Below, piece after piece: positions 38,077 to 51,417 of a stretch of DNA of 62,876 nt. Below the pieces are notes generated by a model. That model ran no database searches, was not told where the DNA came from, and saw only the letters and a program-made list of their open reading frames with translations. Made by a program: the position numbers and the translations under genes. Within the stretch, counting starts at the first letter, position 1. Every line of letters begins with the position of its first letter. Source of the stretch: Chiloscyllium plagiosum (Eukaryota); contig NC_057718.1 in assembly GCF_004010195.1 (NCBI RefSeq), positions 61,420,301-61,483,176 of the forward strand, given 5' to 3'.

Positions 38077-41009
38077 ATGTTTAAGAAGGAAATTGAAGGG
38101 AAAGTTAGAACAAGGGAAGTCAAGAAAGACAACTGTATCAATGAGGCAGAAATCTCAGAAAGGGATCATGCCGTAAGGTTGAGTGAAATAGGAGTTGATG
38201 GGAAGGGTGAGGGCAGTAACAAATTAAAAATACTATACATGAATGCACGAAGCATTAGAAATAAGATGGATGAGCTTGAGGCTCTTTTGGAAATTAGCAG
38301 ATATGATATTGTGGGAATAACTGAGACGTGGCTTCAAGTGGACAGGGCCTGGGAAATGAATATTCAAGGCTACACGTGCTTTCGTAAGGACAGACTGACG
38401 GGCAGAGGGGGTGGGGTGGCCAAGTTGGTAAGGGATGATATTCAGTCCCTTGCGCGAGGGGACCTAGAATCAGGGGATGTAGAGTCAGTATGGATATAGC
38501 TGAGAAATTCTAAGGTAAATAGACCCTCTTGGGAGTTATCTACAGGCCCCCAAACAGTAGTCTGGATGTTGGATGTAAGTTGAATCAGGAGCTGAAATTG
38601 GCCTGTCGCAAAGATGTTACTACAGTTGTTATGGGGGATTTCAACATGCAGGTAAACTGGGACAATCAGGATGGTATTGGACCTCAAGAAAGAGACTTTG
38701 TGGAGTGCCTCTGAGATGGATTCTTTGAACAGCTGGTGCTGGAGCCTACCAGGGAGAAGGCAATTCTGGATCTGGTATTGTGCAACGAACCAGAATTGAT
38801 CAGGGACCTCGAAGTGAAGGAGCCATTGGGAAGTAGTGACCATAAAACAATAAGCTTCAATCTGCAATTTGAGAGGGAGAGGGTACAATCGGAAGTGACA
38901 ATATTTCTGTTGAATAAAGGGAACTATGGAGCTATGAGGGAGGAGCTGGCCAAAGTTCAATGGTGCAATACCTTAGCAGGGATGACAGTGGAGGAACAAT
39001 GGCAGATATTTCTGTGTGTAATGCAGAAGATGCAGGATCAGTTCATTCCAAAAAGGAAAAAAGATCCTACGAGGAGGCATGGGATGCCGTGGCTGACGAG
39101 GGAAGTAAAGAAAAATATAAAGTTAAAAGAGAAAAAGTATAACATAGCAAAGATAAGTGGGAAAACGGAGGACTGGGAAGCTTTTAAAGAACAATAGAGG
39201 ACTACTAAGAAGGAAATACGCAGAGAAAAAATGAGGTACGAAGGTAAACTGGCCAAAAATATAAAGGAGGATAGTAAAAGCTTTTTTAGGTATGTGAAAG
39301 GCAAAAAAATGGTTAAGACTAAAATTGGGCCCTTGAAGACAGAAACAGGGGAATATATTACGGGGAACAAAGAAATGGCAGAAGAATTGAATTGGTACTT
39401 CAGATCTGTGTTCACTGGGGAAGACACAAGCAATCTCCCTGAGCTAACAGTGGCTGAAGGACCTGAACTTAAGGAAATTTATATTTGCCAGGAATTGGTG
39501 TTGGAGAGACTGTTAGGTCTGAAAGTTGATAAGTCCCCGGGGCCTGATGGTCTACATCCCAGGGTACTGAAGGAGGTAGCTCAAGAAATCGTGGATGTGT
39601 TGGTGATTATTTTCCAGAGTTCGATAGTTTCGGGATCAGTTCCTGTGGATTGGAGGGTGGCTAATGTTGTACCACTTTTTAAGAAAGGTGGGAGAGAGAA
39701 AGCAGGAAATTATAGACCAGTTAGTCTGACCTCAGTGATGGGAAAGATGCTGGAGTCTATTATAAAGGATGAAATCACGACACATCTGGATAGTAGTAAC
39801 AGGATAGGTCAGAGTCAGCATGGATTTATGAAGGGGAAGTCATGCTTGACTAACCTTCTGCAATTTTTTGAGGATGTGACTCTGAAGATGGGCGAGGGAG
39901 ATCCAGTTGATGTAGTGTACCTGGACTTTCAGAAAGCTTTTGATAAAGTCCCACATAGGAGGTTAGTGAGCAAATTTGGGCACATGGTATTGTGGGCAAA
40001 GTACTAACTTGGATTGAAAGTTGGTTGGCTGATAGGAAATAAAGAGTAGTGATAAATGGCTCCATTTTGGAATGGCGGGCAGTGACCAGTGGGGTACCGC
40101 AGTGATCAGTGCTGGGACCGCAGCTTTTTATAATATATATTAATGATATAGAAGATGGTATTAGTAATAACATTAGCAAATTTGCTGATGATACAAAGCT
40201 GCGTGGCAGGGTGAAATGTGAGGAGGATGTTAGGAGATTACAGGGTGACCTGGACAGGTTTGGTGAGTGGTCAGATGCAGTTTAATGTGGATAAATGTAT
40301 GGTTATCCACTTTGGTGGCAAGCACAGGAAGGTGGATTACTACCTAAATGGAATCAATTTAGGTAAAGGGGCAGTACAAAAAGATCTGGATGTTCTTGTA
40401 CACCAGTCAATGAAGGTAAGCATGCAGGTACAGCAGGTAGTGAAGAAGGCTAATACTATGCTAGCCTTCATAACAAGAGGGATTGAGTATAGAAGCGAAG
40501 AGGTTCTTCTGCAGCTGTACAGGGCCCTGGTGAGACCACACCTGGAGTACTGTGTGCAGTTCTGGTCTCCAAATTTGAGGAAAGACATTCTGGCTACTGA
40601 GGGAGTGCAGCATAGGTTCACAAGGTCAATTCCTGGAATGGCGGGACTACCTTACGCTGAAAGACTGGAGCGACTGGGCTTGTATACCCTTGAGTTTAGA
40701 AGACTGAGAGGGGATCTGATTGAGACATATAAGATTATTAAGGGGTTGGACACTCTGGAGGCAGGAAACATGTTTCCGCTGATGGGTGAGTGCCGAACCA
40801 GAGGACACAGCTTAAAAATACGGGGTAGACCATTTAGGACAGAGACGAGGAGAGATTTCTGCACCTGGAGAGTGGTGGCTGTATGGAATGTTCTGCCCCA
40901 GAGGGCAGTGGAGGCCCAGTCTCTGGATTCATTTAAGAAAGAGTTGGATAGAGCTCTCAAGGATTGTGGAATCAAGGGTTATGGAGATAAGGCAGGAACA
41001 GGATACTGA
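38077..41009 (+). pseudogene. CR1 ORF2 (APE endonuclease plus RT) with several stops and frameshifts
   Basis: YMNARS, ITETW, GDFN, SDH; KSPGPDG, NYRPVSLTS, YLDFQKAFD, KFADDTK. Confidence 0.96.
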
Positions 41010-41239
41010 TTAAGGATGATCAGCCATGATCATATTGAATGGTGGTGCAGGCTCAAAAGGCAGAATGGCCTACTCCTGCACCTATTGTCTATTGTCTATT
41101 GGCAGTCAGCCCCATCTTTCTATATGGCTATTGTCTGAGAATGAACCAGACCCATTTGAAACCTTAGTGTCCTAATTTAACCTGAAGTGAGTTTTTGATT
41201 CCATATCCTTATCGTCATCACCACTACCAACCATGATCT

Positions 41240-41845
41240 CCACAACATCAGCCATCTTCTCCATTCCTCACACAATCTGCTGCTCAGAGTCTCATCTATT
41301 CTACTTCCAATGCTTCCCTAGCCAGCCTCCATCTATACCTCCTTCTTAAACTTGAGTGTATCTAAAACTCTGCTGGCCTCATCCTGACTCATAATAAATC
41401 CCATTCGTCCACCAATAAATCAAACTCAAAAATGAAATCAAATGACTGTTTGTTGACCTACGTTGCTGTAAAGCAATGCCTTGATTTAAAATTCTCATTC
41501 TTCTTTTCAAATTCCAGGATGGGCTCACCTTTCCATAAATTTGAACTAGCCCACCCCTGTACTCCTCTGAAAAGGTTGCACTCTCTTACTCTGTTGTCTT
41601 CTGTAATCCTGGTCTTCATCGTTCTGCCATTGTTGGCCATGCATTGAGTTGCCTCGGCTCTAAACTCTGGAATTCTCTCCCTAAACCTCTCAGCTAGTCT
41701 ACCTCTCCCCACGCCTTTAATAATCCTTTGACAAAGGTTTTGTTCACCTTCATGTGACTTGGTGTCAGATTCCTTGTAATACCATTTCTGTGAAATACCT
41801 TGAGACTGTTTATTATATTAAAGACGAATATAAATGGAACTTGGT
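41240..41845 (+). mobile_element. Old L2-like LINE 3' end
   Basis: FKIL..FK and ctctggaattctctccct (LWNSLP) remnants; tail ctgtgaaataccttgagac..attaaag..atataaat. Confidence 0.65.
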
Positions 41846-43060
41846 GATATTGTTGGTTATTTTATAGTTTTCCGATCTGAAGAATAGTTTCACACCCAAT
41901 TATTAACCTATATTTCCTCTTTACAGATACTGATAGACCTGTGTACCTAGACAGTTTCTATTTTTGTTTCAGCTTCCTAGCAGTTTTTTTTGTCTTTGTA
42001 TTTTAGAATACTGTGGGGGATTTGCTGAAACACCAGGCCAATGCACTACAGTTCCAACTCTTAACAAGATGGCTTTCAATCCAACTGAAATGAAAGTCGC
42101 ATCACTCTCATGGCTGATTAACGTCCGATGAGAAACGTTTGGACAACTCAACGCAGTCCCTCATGGAAGCAAAACCACAGATTATATGCAAAACATTTGC
42201 TCTTTAATTAAATAATTTCATTCTGAAAATACAGATGTAGAAATTGGGAAGTAAATTAGTGTACCTGGAAATCTCTTTTTGAATTTAAGAAGTAAGATAT
42301 ATGGCTGAAGCAGAACAGAAATTACTTCATTTGCATTCTTTACTTGAACTGTTTAGTTCTCAAATGCCTAATTTTTAGACACTAATTGGTCTTATAATGG
42401 GATCTGAGATTCACATTCATACTTTCAATGAGAAATACATTGGAGACCGTGGTGGTGAAAGATTTGCACTTGAATACTTAACTGTCACCAACAGCAAACA
42501 GAGTAAGATGTCAGCCAGCATGCAATGCCAATTTGATGGTAGTGCCACTTTTTACAAAAGCCACATGTCGACCAGCTGAAGTCCTGTATTAACCTCAGCT
42601 AAACATGATGTTAAAAAGCAGTGCTATTTAAAGGAATCATGAATGGCTCGCTGCTTAGTTCCTGAATTACTTCTGCAAAGTTTTGGTGCATCTCCATGCT
42701 TGTCTTAAATTTCAATAGTCTCCAGGAAATAATCTGGCGCATGTTGAAACACTTTATTGAGTTCAAACTGTGTGCTGAAATAACTTGTTTCTAGATATGA
42801 ATGGACTAATAGACCTTCATCGTGAAATTGAGGATGACTAGGAGAATGAGGAAAGGTCACATGGAGCAGGACAAGCTGCTGAGACAGGGAAGAGGAGGAG
42901 AGAGATTCTCAGTATGAAGTATTGAAGATGCAACCCTCTTATTTCAACTACGTGACGATCCAATGTCTCCGATATGGTTTGTTCAAGTGATGTTTGATTG
43001 AAGTCCACCAATTGTTGCATCTACAGCTACAAGCAAGCTGTGCAGGTGATCATGGCTCTT

Positions 43061-43503
43061 AACCCAATCTAGTCTCACCTGCCAGCACCCAGCCCATATC
43101 CCTCCAAACCCTTCCTATTCATATACCCATGCAAAAGCCTCTTAAATGTTGCAATTGTACCAGCCTCCACCACATTCTCTGGTAGCTCATTCCATACACG
43201 TACCATCCTCTGCATGAAAATGTTGCCCCTTAGGTCTCTTTTATATCTTTCCCCTCTCACCCTAAACCTATGTCCTCTAGTTCTGGACTCCCCAACCCCA
43301 GGGAAAAGACTTTGCCTATTTATCCTATCCATGCCCCTCATAATTTGGTAAACCTCTATAAGGTCACCCCTCAGCCTCCGACTCTCCAGGGAAAACAGCC
43401 CCAGCATGTTAGGCCTCTCCCTACAGCTCAAATCCTCCAACCCTTGGCTTGGAATGAAGGGTCTGTTTCCATGCTGTACATCTCTATGACTTTATGACTC
43501 TAT
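43061..43503. mobile_element. CR1 3' end with 5' inversion
   Basis: 43061-43444 is antisense CR1 body; 43445-43503 is the sense tail; same family as 10290-11952. Confidence 0.88.
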
Positions 43504-43850
43504 TTGGATCTTTCCAGACTGCTTCCAGAGATATAACTGACGTGTTGCAGTTTGCTATATTTTATCAAATAGAGTAGGTTGTTAAGCCTCTGTAGAGACA
43601 AAAAGACAGCTTCAGCTGTTTATCTTGCCTGAGACAAGTAGTTGGAGCAAGCATGAGGATTTGCTAAAATTACAGCCTTGTCTGGATGCAGGATGTCATT
43701 GACTGCATGCATTCTACTTTACCTGCACATTGCTATTCCAATGAATGGAAATGAGTCCCATTCCCTGGGTATTCAGCAGTTGGACAATCATAAGGAGTTG
43801 CAAACCCATGATCCTAGCAGTAGTTACAAAACCTTCCGTTTATCACAGTG

Positions 43851-46745
43851 TCATAAAATCGTAGAGTTATAGAGTCAAACAGCACAGAAAAGGCCATATG
43901 ACCCATCATGTCTGCAACAATATAACTATCACTGAAATTGTGCTACTCCCAATTTCCTGCACTTGACCCATATCCTTGAATGCTACAATATTTCAAGTGT
44001 TCATCCAAATATTTTTAAAGGTTGTAAGATTTCCGGCCTCTGCTATCTTCCCAGGCAGTGCATTCCAAATTCCCACGGCCTGCTAAGTAAAAAAGTTTTT
44101 TTCTCAAATCCCTTCTGAATCTCCTGCTCCTTACCCTAAAACTATGCCCTTTTTTCGATGACCGCTGAACCAAGGGGAGCAGCTGTTCTCTACTCACCCT
44201 ATCCGTACTGCTTGTAATCTTATACACCTCAATCATGTCTTCCCTCAATCTTCCCTGCTCAAAAGAAAACAATCCATGCCTATCTAGTCTCTCCTCATAG
44301 CTCAATGTCTCCATCCCAGGCAACATCCTGATGAATCTCCTCTGTACCCCCTCCCATGCTGTCAAATTCTTCCTGTCGTGAGATGGCCAGAACTGCACAT
44401 AGTACTCCCGTATGGCCTGACCAACACTCTGTACAACTTCAACGTTACCTCCTTGCTCTTATACCCTATGCCACGATTGATGAACGTAAGTTCCCATTTG
44501 CCTGCTGAACTATTCTATTCATGTACTCTGCCGAATTTAGGGATTTGTGAATAATTACACCAAGGTTCTTCTGTTTCTTTAAGCTACCCAGTGTCCTGCC
44601 ATTCATTCTCTCATCATGTTGTTTCTTCCAAAGTACATCACCTTGCATTTATCAGGGTTAAATGCCATCTGTCACTGCTCAGTCCATCTGACCGATCCAT
44701 CTACTGTATATCTTCTTGCAACCTACAACCATCTGCTTTGCTATTAACCACTATACCAATATTGGTGTCATGGACAAATTGCTTATTATGCCCCCCAACA
44801 TTTTCATCCATTTCGTTTATGTATATAGCAAACAATAAGGATCACAGTACTGATCCTTGTGGTATTCCATTAGACATCGGTCTCTATCACTCACACAGCT
44901 TTTTACCACTGCCCTTTGTGTCCAATTACTAAGTTTCTTGAAAACCTGAACTACATCAGCCATCCTCCAGTCCTCTGGCATTTCTACTTTGATCAGAGAG
45001 GAATTAAAAATTTGTGTCAGAATGTGTGCAATTTCATTCCCCACTTCCGACAGCAGCCTGGGATGTAATTTATCGGGGTCAGGAGATTTGTCTGTTTGAA
45101 GTCTGGCAGAGCCTCCAATACCTCCCAATTTCCTATGTCAAATTGTGCAAATTCTTCACAATGGGGACCCCCTTTTCCTGAATTCTGTGTCTACGTTCCC
45201 CTATTCCAGAGTGAAGACCAAACAGAAGTGTTCATTTAACATCCTTCCAATATCCTGCGGCTTCATACACAGGTTGCCACCTTGGTCCCTAATTGGGCTT
45301 TACTCTGTCCTTGGTTAACATCTTCCCTTTAATATATCTATAAAAAATGTCAGATTCTCCTAATCATGCACAAAAGTTCTTTTTTATGCTGCCTTTTTGT
45401 TCTTCAAAGTACTTTCTTAAGTTCCCTCTTGCACTTCCTACGTTCCTCTAGGGCTGCAGATGAATTGTTCCTTTTGGACTTTCTAAAAGTCTTTCTTTTA
45501 TTCCTCACCCAGTCCTGATTTGTCACAGAATCATAGAGTCACACAGTCCAACCAGTCCATGCCAACCATAATCCCTAACTAAACTACTCCCACCTTCCTG
45601 CACTTGACTCATATCTCTCCAAACATTTCTCATTCATGTATTTACCTAAATGTCTTTTAAACGTTGTAACTGTACCTGCATCTATCACTTCCTCTGGAAG
45701 TTTATTCCACATACAAACTCCACTCTGTGTAAACAAATTATCTCTTTTTTCAAATCTTTCTCTCCCCACCTTAAATTATGCCCCGTGGTCCTGAAATCCC
45801 CTCTCTATACCCCTCGTGATTTTATAAACAGATGTAAGGTCAACTTTCTACGCCCTAGTGGAAAAAGAAATTGTCCTAGATATACAGGGTTCCCTGAGTG
45901 TATTGCTGCCACATTTACCCCTAAAGGATACAAGTTGGATCTGTACTGTCCCCAGCTCCTTTTGGAAGGACCCCCATTACTCCACTGTAGAGAGTCATGC
46001 AGACAGCTGCTCCCAGTCAACTTTGGCCAGATCCTGCTTTATTTTAATAAAATCTGCCTTGCTCCAAACTAAAGCCATCTCTTGCAGGCCATCTTTTTCC
46101 TTGTTCATAACATATTTGAACTATACTGTCTTGCAATTGCCATCATTAAAATATTCCTCTACTGCCGCATCAAACACTTATCTGCTTCTTTCCCCAGAAT
46201 CACATCCCTGTTGGGTATTCTATATATTGTTACAGAAAAAAAATCCATTGGATACATTTCAAGAACTCTGCCCCCTTTAAACTCTTGACACTATGACTAT
46301 CTCAAATGATGTTCAGAAAGTTGAAATCCCCTCGTATAATTACCTGATTATCACTCTTATCGACCTCTGTGAACTGTCTACATATTTGCTCCTCCATTTC
46401 CCACTGGCTGTTTGGCAGCCTATAATTCCCCCCGCATCAAGTGACTGCCCCCTTAACTTTCTTGCCATCAAAGCCTTGTTTGAGGACTCCTCCAAGATAT
46501 CATCTCTCCTTATTGCATTAATTGACTCCTTAATTCATAGTACAATAATACTACCGATTTTATACCCTCTTCTGTCTCACCTACAGATCCTATAGCCCAG
46601 AATGTTAAGTTTCCACTCCAGCCCTTCCCTCAACCATGTTTCAATGATGGCAAGAACATTGCACTTCCATGTGTCAATCCATGCCTTTAACTCATCAGTC
46701 TTACCTATTAGACCAGCATTAAAGATTATCGAGCTTTGCCTTACT
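43851..46745 (-). mobile_element. Old CR1 LINE (EN to tail, internal deletions) with a nested CR1 3' end at ~45523-45875
   Basis: IIETWL, DKSPDPDKLHPRLL, PEDWRMADV, QFWPS..EGVQRRF. Confidence 0.88.
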
Positions 46746-46957
46746 CTTTTGACACTCAGTATAATTGAACTCATTCTGAAGTGCTCTTTGCCAGCTGAAT
46801 TTGAACCACATAACAAGATAAAGGTATGTTACAGAGCAATGAGGGTTACCCAATTATGACAGGGGCTGTGACTCTGAATGGCCCAGGAAAGGAGTGCAGT
46901 CAATGCCAATCAGCAAGTTTTGTGTCTTGGGGTGGAGTGGAGCCTGGGCTCGTTTAC

Positions 46958-47195
46958 CAAGTAACCATGAATGTTGGAAATTTTGGAAACACATAACCAA
47001 CATGACAACTCAAATCCAAAAGGCAGGCCATCAGATCTTTGGGGTTTGCTGTATTTAAGTTCCTCAAGCTTCTCCAACAGCTTCGTCTTTGCTGATGTGA
47101 ATTTCCTTAAAGCTGTGTGAAAAAGTGAATCAGATGTCTCCATAATTATTCTAGCTTGCTGCATCTTGATACAATGTTGAAAATACAAATACATC
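46958..47195 (-). CDS. Candidate coding exon of an unidentified host gene
   Basis: Strong acceptor ttttcttcaacttcattagcttcag, 94-codon open frame in non-repeat DNA (helical, YFQHCIKMQQARII...KLLEKLEELK), possible donor gtaaac. Confidence 0.3.
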
Positions 47196-48486
47196 CTGAA
47201 GCTAATGAAGTTGAAGAAAATGAGCCATTATCTCACTGCTGGAGGAGGTTAACTGCTTGAGAGACGAGGTCGAGCAAAGTATTTACCAAAATGAAGACTT
47301 AGCATCCTTTCGTAAATCCTTTCAATCAAAGGAATTTTTGTGGAGAAATAAAATTTCTTCTTTCATCATTTTCTCTTTTTGCGTACTCCCCCACCACCCG
47401 CAAATTATCCCACCTCCTATGGTATGTCAATTCTCTTTTACTGTCCATTGTGATCCTTTGTTTTTGCCTTCCAATCTGAGTCACTTCCTCAGCACGAACC
47501 TTGTCCATATCAACATATAAATTCATCCAAGTATGAAGAACCAAACAGCTGAATAAAATTTTCCCTGTCTTGCAGGCATTACACTGTTTGCAAGGTTATA
47601 GATTACTGTCCTGAATTATGCTAATCATGAAAGAATGCAAGTTTTTTTTTACAATGCAATAATGAAGTATATTGATCTTGATAAAAATGATTTACTGTGA
47701 GATCCTGGTAAGGCAATACTTCAAAAGTGAGTAATATATGTGGAAGTACAATTACTTGATAGTTGTTGATTACACAGAGTGTTGTTATGGTTTTCTCTTT
47801 GCAAGGGTTTCAGTTCCTTTAATCAGGAGAATTAGCATGAAACGTAACATGTTTACTACGGGCGCAGGTTGAATATTTGTACCAAGGAACACTCTAATGT
47901 CTTTTGATGTAGTCAGACAGTGAATAGCAATTATTCTGTAGTTTTGGAGGATAATTGTTGTGAGTTCTTTTTTGTAAATGTTTCTACTCTGCCAACTTTG
48001 TCAAAATTTAGTTATTTTGGTATGGACAACAGCCTAAGTTGAACAGCATGAAAGGTGATTTTTTTGTTTTGAAGTTGTGGTTCAAACTTTAAAATATTAA
48101 TGATATTCTGTAATAAATAAAACAAAAATGAATATGCCTACATAGACATAACTGGATCTCAGCCAAATGCTAAAACGTGTGTCAGAGTGAAGCCCAAACT
48201 ATTAAAAATACTCAATCCAAATGGTTATATTTTATTGTTAAGCCTCCCAATGGATCATCGAGAAAGTAAACTAACTGCTGTTCTATGAAGTTGTAAAGGC
48301 CATGAAGTTGATGGGATGAATGCTGTAAATATCAGAGTTAGCCAATCTGAGCCAAGGTGACTAGAACTCTACACAGTACTCCAAAAGTAGCCTCATCAAC
48401 ATCCTGTATAACCTCAACTTGACGTCCCAACTCCTATACTTCTGAGAATGAAAGCAAGCATGCTAAATGCCTTCTTGACCTCCCTG

Positions 48487-48941
48487 CCTCCATTGCCAAA
48501 CCCTAAACACCTGACCCCTTAAGGAAGAATGCCTCATTTTCTGCCTCGGCACCCTGCAACCACACAGGATTAATATGGATTTCACCAGTTTCCTCATTTC
48601 CCCTCCCTCCACCTTATCCCAGTCCCAAGCCTCCAACTTGGCATTGCCCTCTTGCCCTCTTATACATTGTCTTCCCCATCTATCCGCTCCACCATCCCTC
48701 TCCGACCTATCGCCTTCTCTCCCACCTTCATCTACCTATTGCATTCTCAGCTGCCTTTCCCCTAGCCAAACACCCCTCCTATTTATCTCTCAGCGTCCTG
48801 GCCCACAAGCCTCATTTCTGATGAAGGGCGTATGCCCGAAACATCGATTCTCCTGCTCCTCAGATGCTGCCTGACCTGCTGTGTATTTTCCAGCATCACA
48901 CTCTCAACTCTGATCTCCAGAATCTGCAGTCCTCGCTTTCT
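48487..48941 (+). mobile_element. PLE 3' end with HHR inserted into a CR1 fragment (48363-49014, minus)
   Basis: ctgatga-a-gggc-gtat-gccc-gaaacatc at 48818-48845; the CR1 resumes across the insertion at ccctg|tctac. Confidence 0.85.
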
Positions 48942-49679
48942 CCTGTCTACATGTGACACAAACGTCATAGAATTATGCACCTTGAACCCCTAGGTCTCTC
49001 TGTTTATAATACTCATGGTGCTATATGTAAGCCACATCTGTCTCGTTACAAAAATAGTAATCATTGGGGTAACCCTTGAGAATAGTATTGCAATCAATCA
49101 TGTCAAATTGCAGAAGGTGAGTTACAGCAGAAAGACTGCAAAGTTATCACTGCTTTTGGAGTATAAGATCACAGTCAAAATTATAATTTCATTGATTCTA
49201 ATTAGCAGCTATGATGGAGAACTGATTATAGATGTGCTTTTACTTGAGCAACCAGAGCAGAATACTCAGTGGATGAGATCTCAGCTGAGACTGCTTCTGA
49301 GCAACCTCATTGGATGTCACTGGAGTCTGAAGCTTTACATTGCTGGGTGTGCCAAAATAATCTTACACGCAAATTCAGCTTTTGAGTCAAGTGTCCAGCC
49401 AAAGGACTTCAGATTGGAAAAATAAAGTTGCTTTATTTCCTATTTGGCATCAATTTACCACTGAAGTCACACAGAAGTTACAAACACTTGAGAAAGGTTA
49501 TGAACATTTCAGTCATAGTGATGGGCAGTTTTGCATTTTGAGTTTAATGCATAGTGATTACATTATATGAGCACTACTGATGACATGTCAAAATAAAAAT
49601 TTCCTTGCTAATTTTGTTTGAAAGAATTAAAATAATCCAAAGTGGTAATGTTTCTTAAAAAAATACCAGGAAAATTAAA

Positions 49680-50880
49680 ACACACAGGATGAAGGAGTGG
49701 TAACAGCATGGATACAAAATTGGCTTAGAGAAAGGAAGCGGAGATCAGTGGTGAATGGCTGTGTTTCAGACTGAAGTAAATAGTGATGTCACTGAAAATC
49801 AATATTAGGACCACTGTTGTCTTGACATATATAAATTCCGAGTAATTGGAATATGTAAGCCATAAGGTGGCACAAAACTCAGAACTGTCATATAAGGAGA
49901 ATAATAGACTTCAGGAGGACAAAGACAGCCTTGAGAAATTAGGTCATATATGGCAAAAGAACTGCATTGCAAAGAAGTGTGAAACAATGCAATTTGAAAG
50001 GAAGAATGAAGAGACGCAACACTATTGAAATTATCCAACTTTAAAAGGGTTCAGACAAAGAGAGACCCAGAGTTCATATCTGCAAATATTTGAATGTAAT
50101 TTTAGTATGGCGAGATAAACAGTAATTGAGATCTTAGACTTTATAAGAGCTAGCATGGAGTACACAAAGGAAGTTATTCTAAATCTTTCAGGTTAACTGG
50201 CTGGACTTTAGCTGAATTAGTGTGTCCAATTTGAACAACCAACTTTTAGAAGGATTCCAAGGCTTTGCAAAATGTTTACATTGGATTTCAATTGGATAAA
50301 TGGCAGAGAAACAGGCCATTCACCACATCTGATCCATTCTTTATTAGTGGCCCACTCAAAATTTCTTCCATTTTTTTCTAATCTAAATCTGTCATCTATT
50401 CCCAACTTTCTTGTAAAAATCTGTTAGTTTCCTTTTAATCGTATGCATTTTATTTGCCCCAAGCACTCTTTGTGGTAGCAAATTCTCATTACTCTTTTGG
50501 TAAAGAAGTTTCTTCTGAATTCTTTACTGGATTTCTTGATGACTATGTGGACCTTTAGTTCTGCTTTAGTCCACAAGAGGAAATATTCTGCTGTATTCAC
50601 GCTATCAAAATCTTCCATAATTTTTAAAATCTCTATGAAGTCAGCTGTCAGCCTTTTTAAACTCTATCGACCCTTTTCTGCCTATCTACATATATATTAT
50701 TCTTGTAAATATTATCTATATCCGCTGGAGTGCTGTTTTATAATAGTGAAAAGAACTGCACATAGTTCTCTGAACTATGGTATAACCAAGGTTTAATATA
50801 AGGTTTAGCGGTGTTTTCTTATTTTTCAATTCTATCCCTCTGGAAATAAAATCTAGTGGTTAATTTATTATGGCTTTACT
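49680..50880. mobile_element. Two highly decayed CR1 fragments, tail to tail (+ 49680-50290, - 50290-50880)
   Basis: WIQNWL, RLQED.D, KCE.M.F remnants on plus; EFRRNFFT.RV on minus. Confidence 0.7.
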
Positions 50881-51417
50881 TATTAGAATGGTAGGAATCA
50901 TCAGAGATTTCAGTTAAAAATTTAGGTCTGATGTTTGTTGCTCACAGTTATATAAACATTTTACTGTCATGTTGAATCAACAAGCCTTATACCCATTTGC
51001 ATGACAACATAATGTTGTCATTATGAGTCTAAAAATTATACACTCTCCTAAACTGGACCAGCTGGTTATATATTCATATATTGTGGTTCAGATCTGAGTG
51101 TGTGGTGGAGGCACATTCAACCAAGGCATTTAAGAGGAAGTCAGTTACTATCTGAAAAGGAAGAATACACAGGGTTATAAGACACAGGTGCAGCACTATG
51201 TAAACTGCTACTTCAGAAAACCAGCTCAGTCATAATATGCTGAATGGCCACTTTCAGTTTTCCGAACATTCTGTCATTCTCAAACTATATCTTTGCATAT
51301 AATCTTTCCACCAGAATGATATCACTTTATTCAAATAATACAACTTATCTTCACAAAATAATTCTAATAAAGTACAGACACATGTTCCTGCAAACATCAA
51401 CCATCTTGCTTGATTTA

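Larger units (their letters stand above)
37325..41101 (+). mobile_element. Near full-length CR1 LINE
   Basis: ORF1 esterase, ORF2 APE endonuclease plus RT, 3'UTR and (ctattgt)n tail at 41081-41101. Confidence 0.97.

Noticed and set aside
49015..49425. 136-aa plus-strand ORF
   Set aside because: Starts at the edge of a CR1 remnant, has no motif, and overlaps a better minus-strand exon candidate
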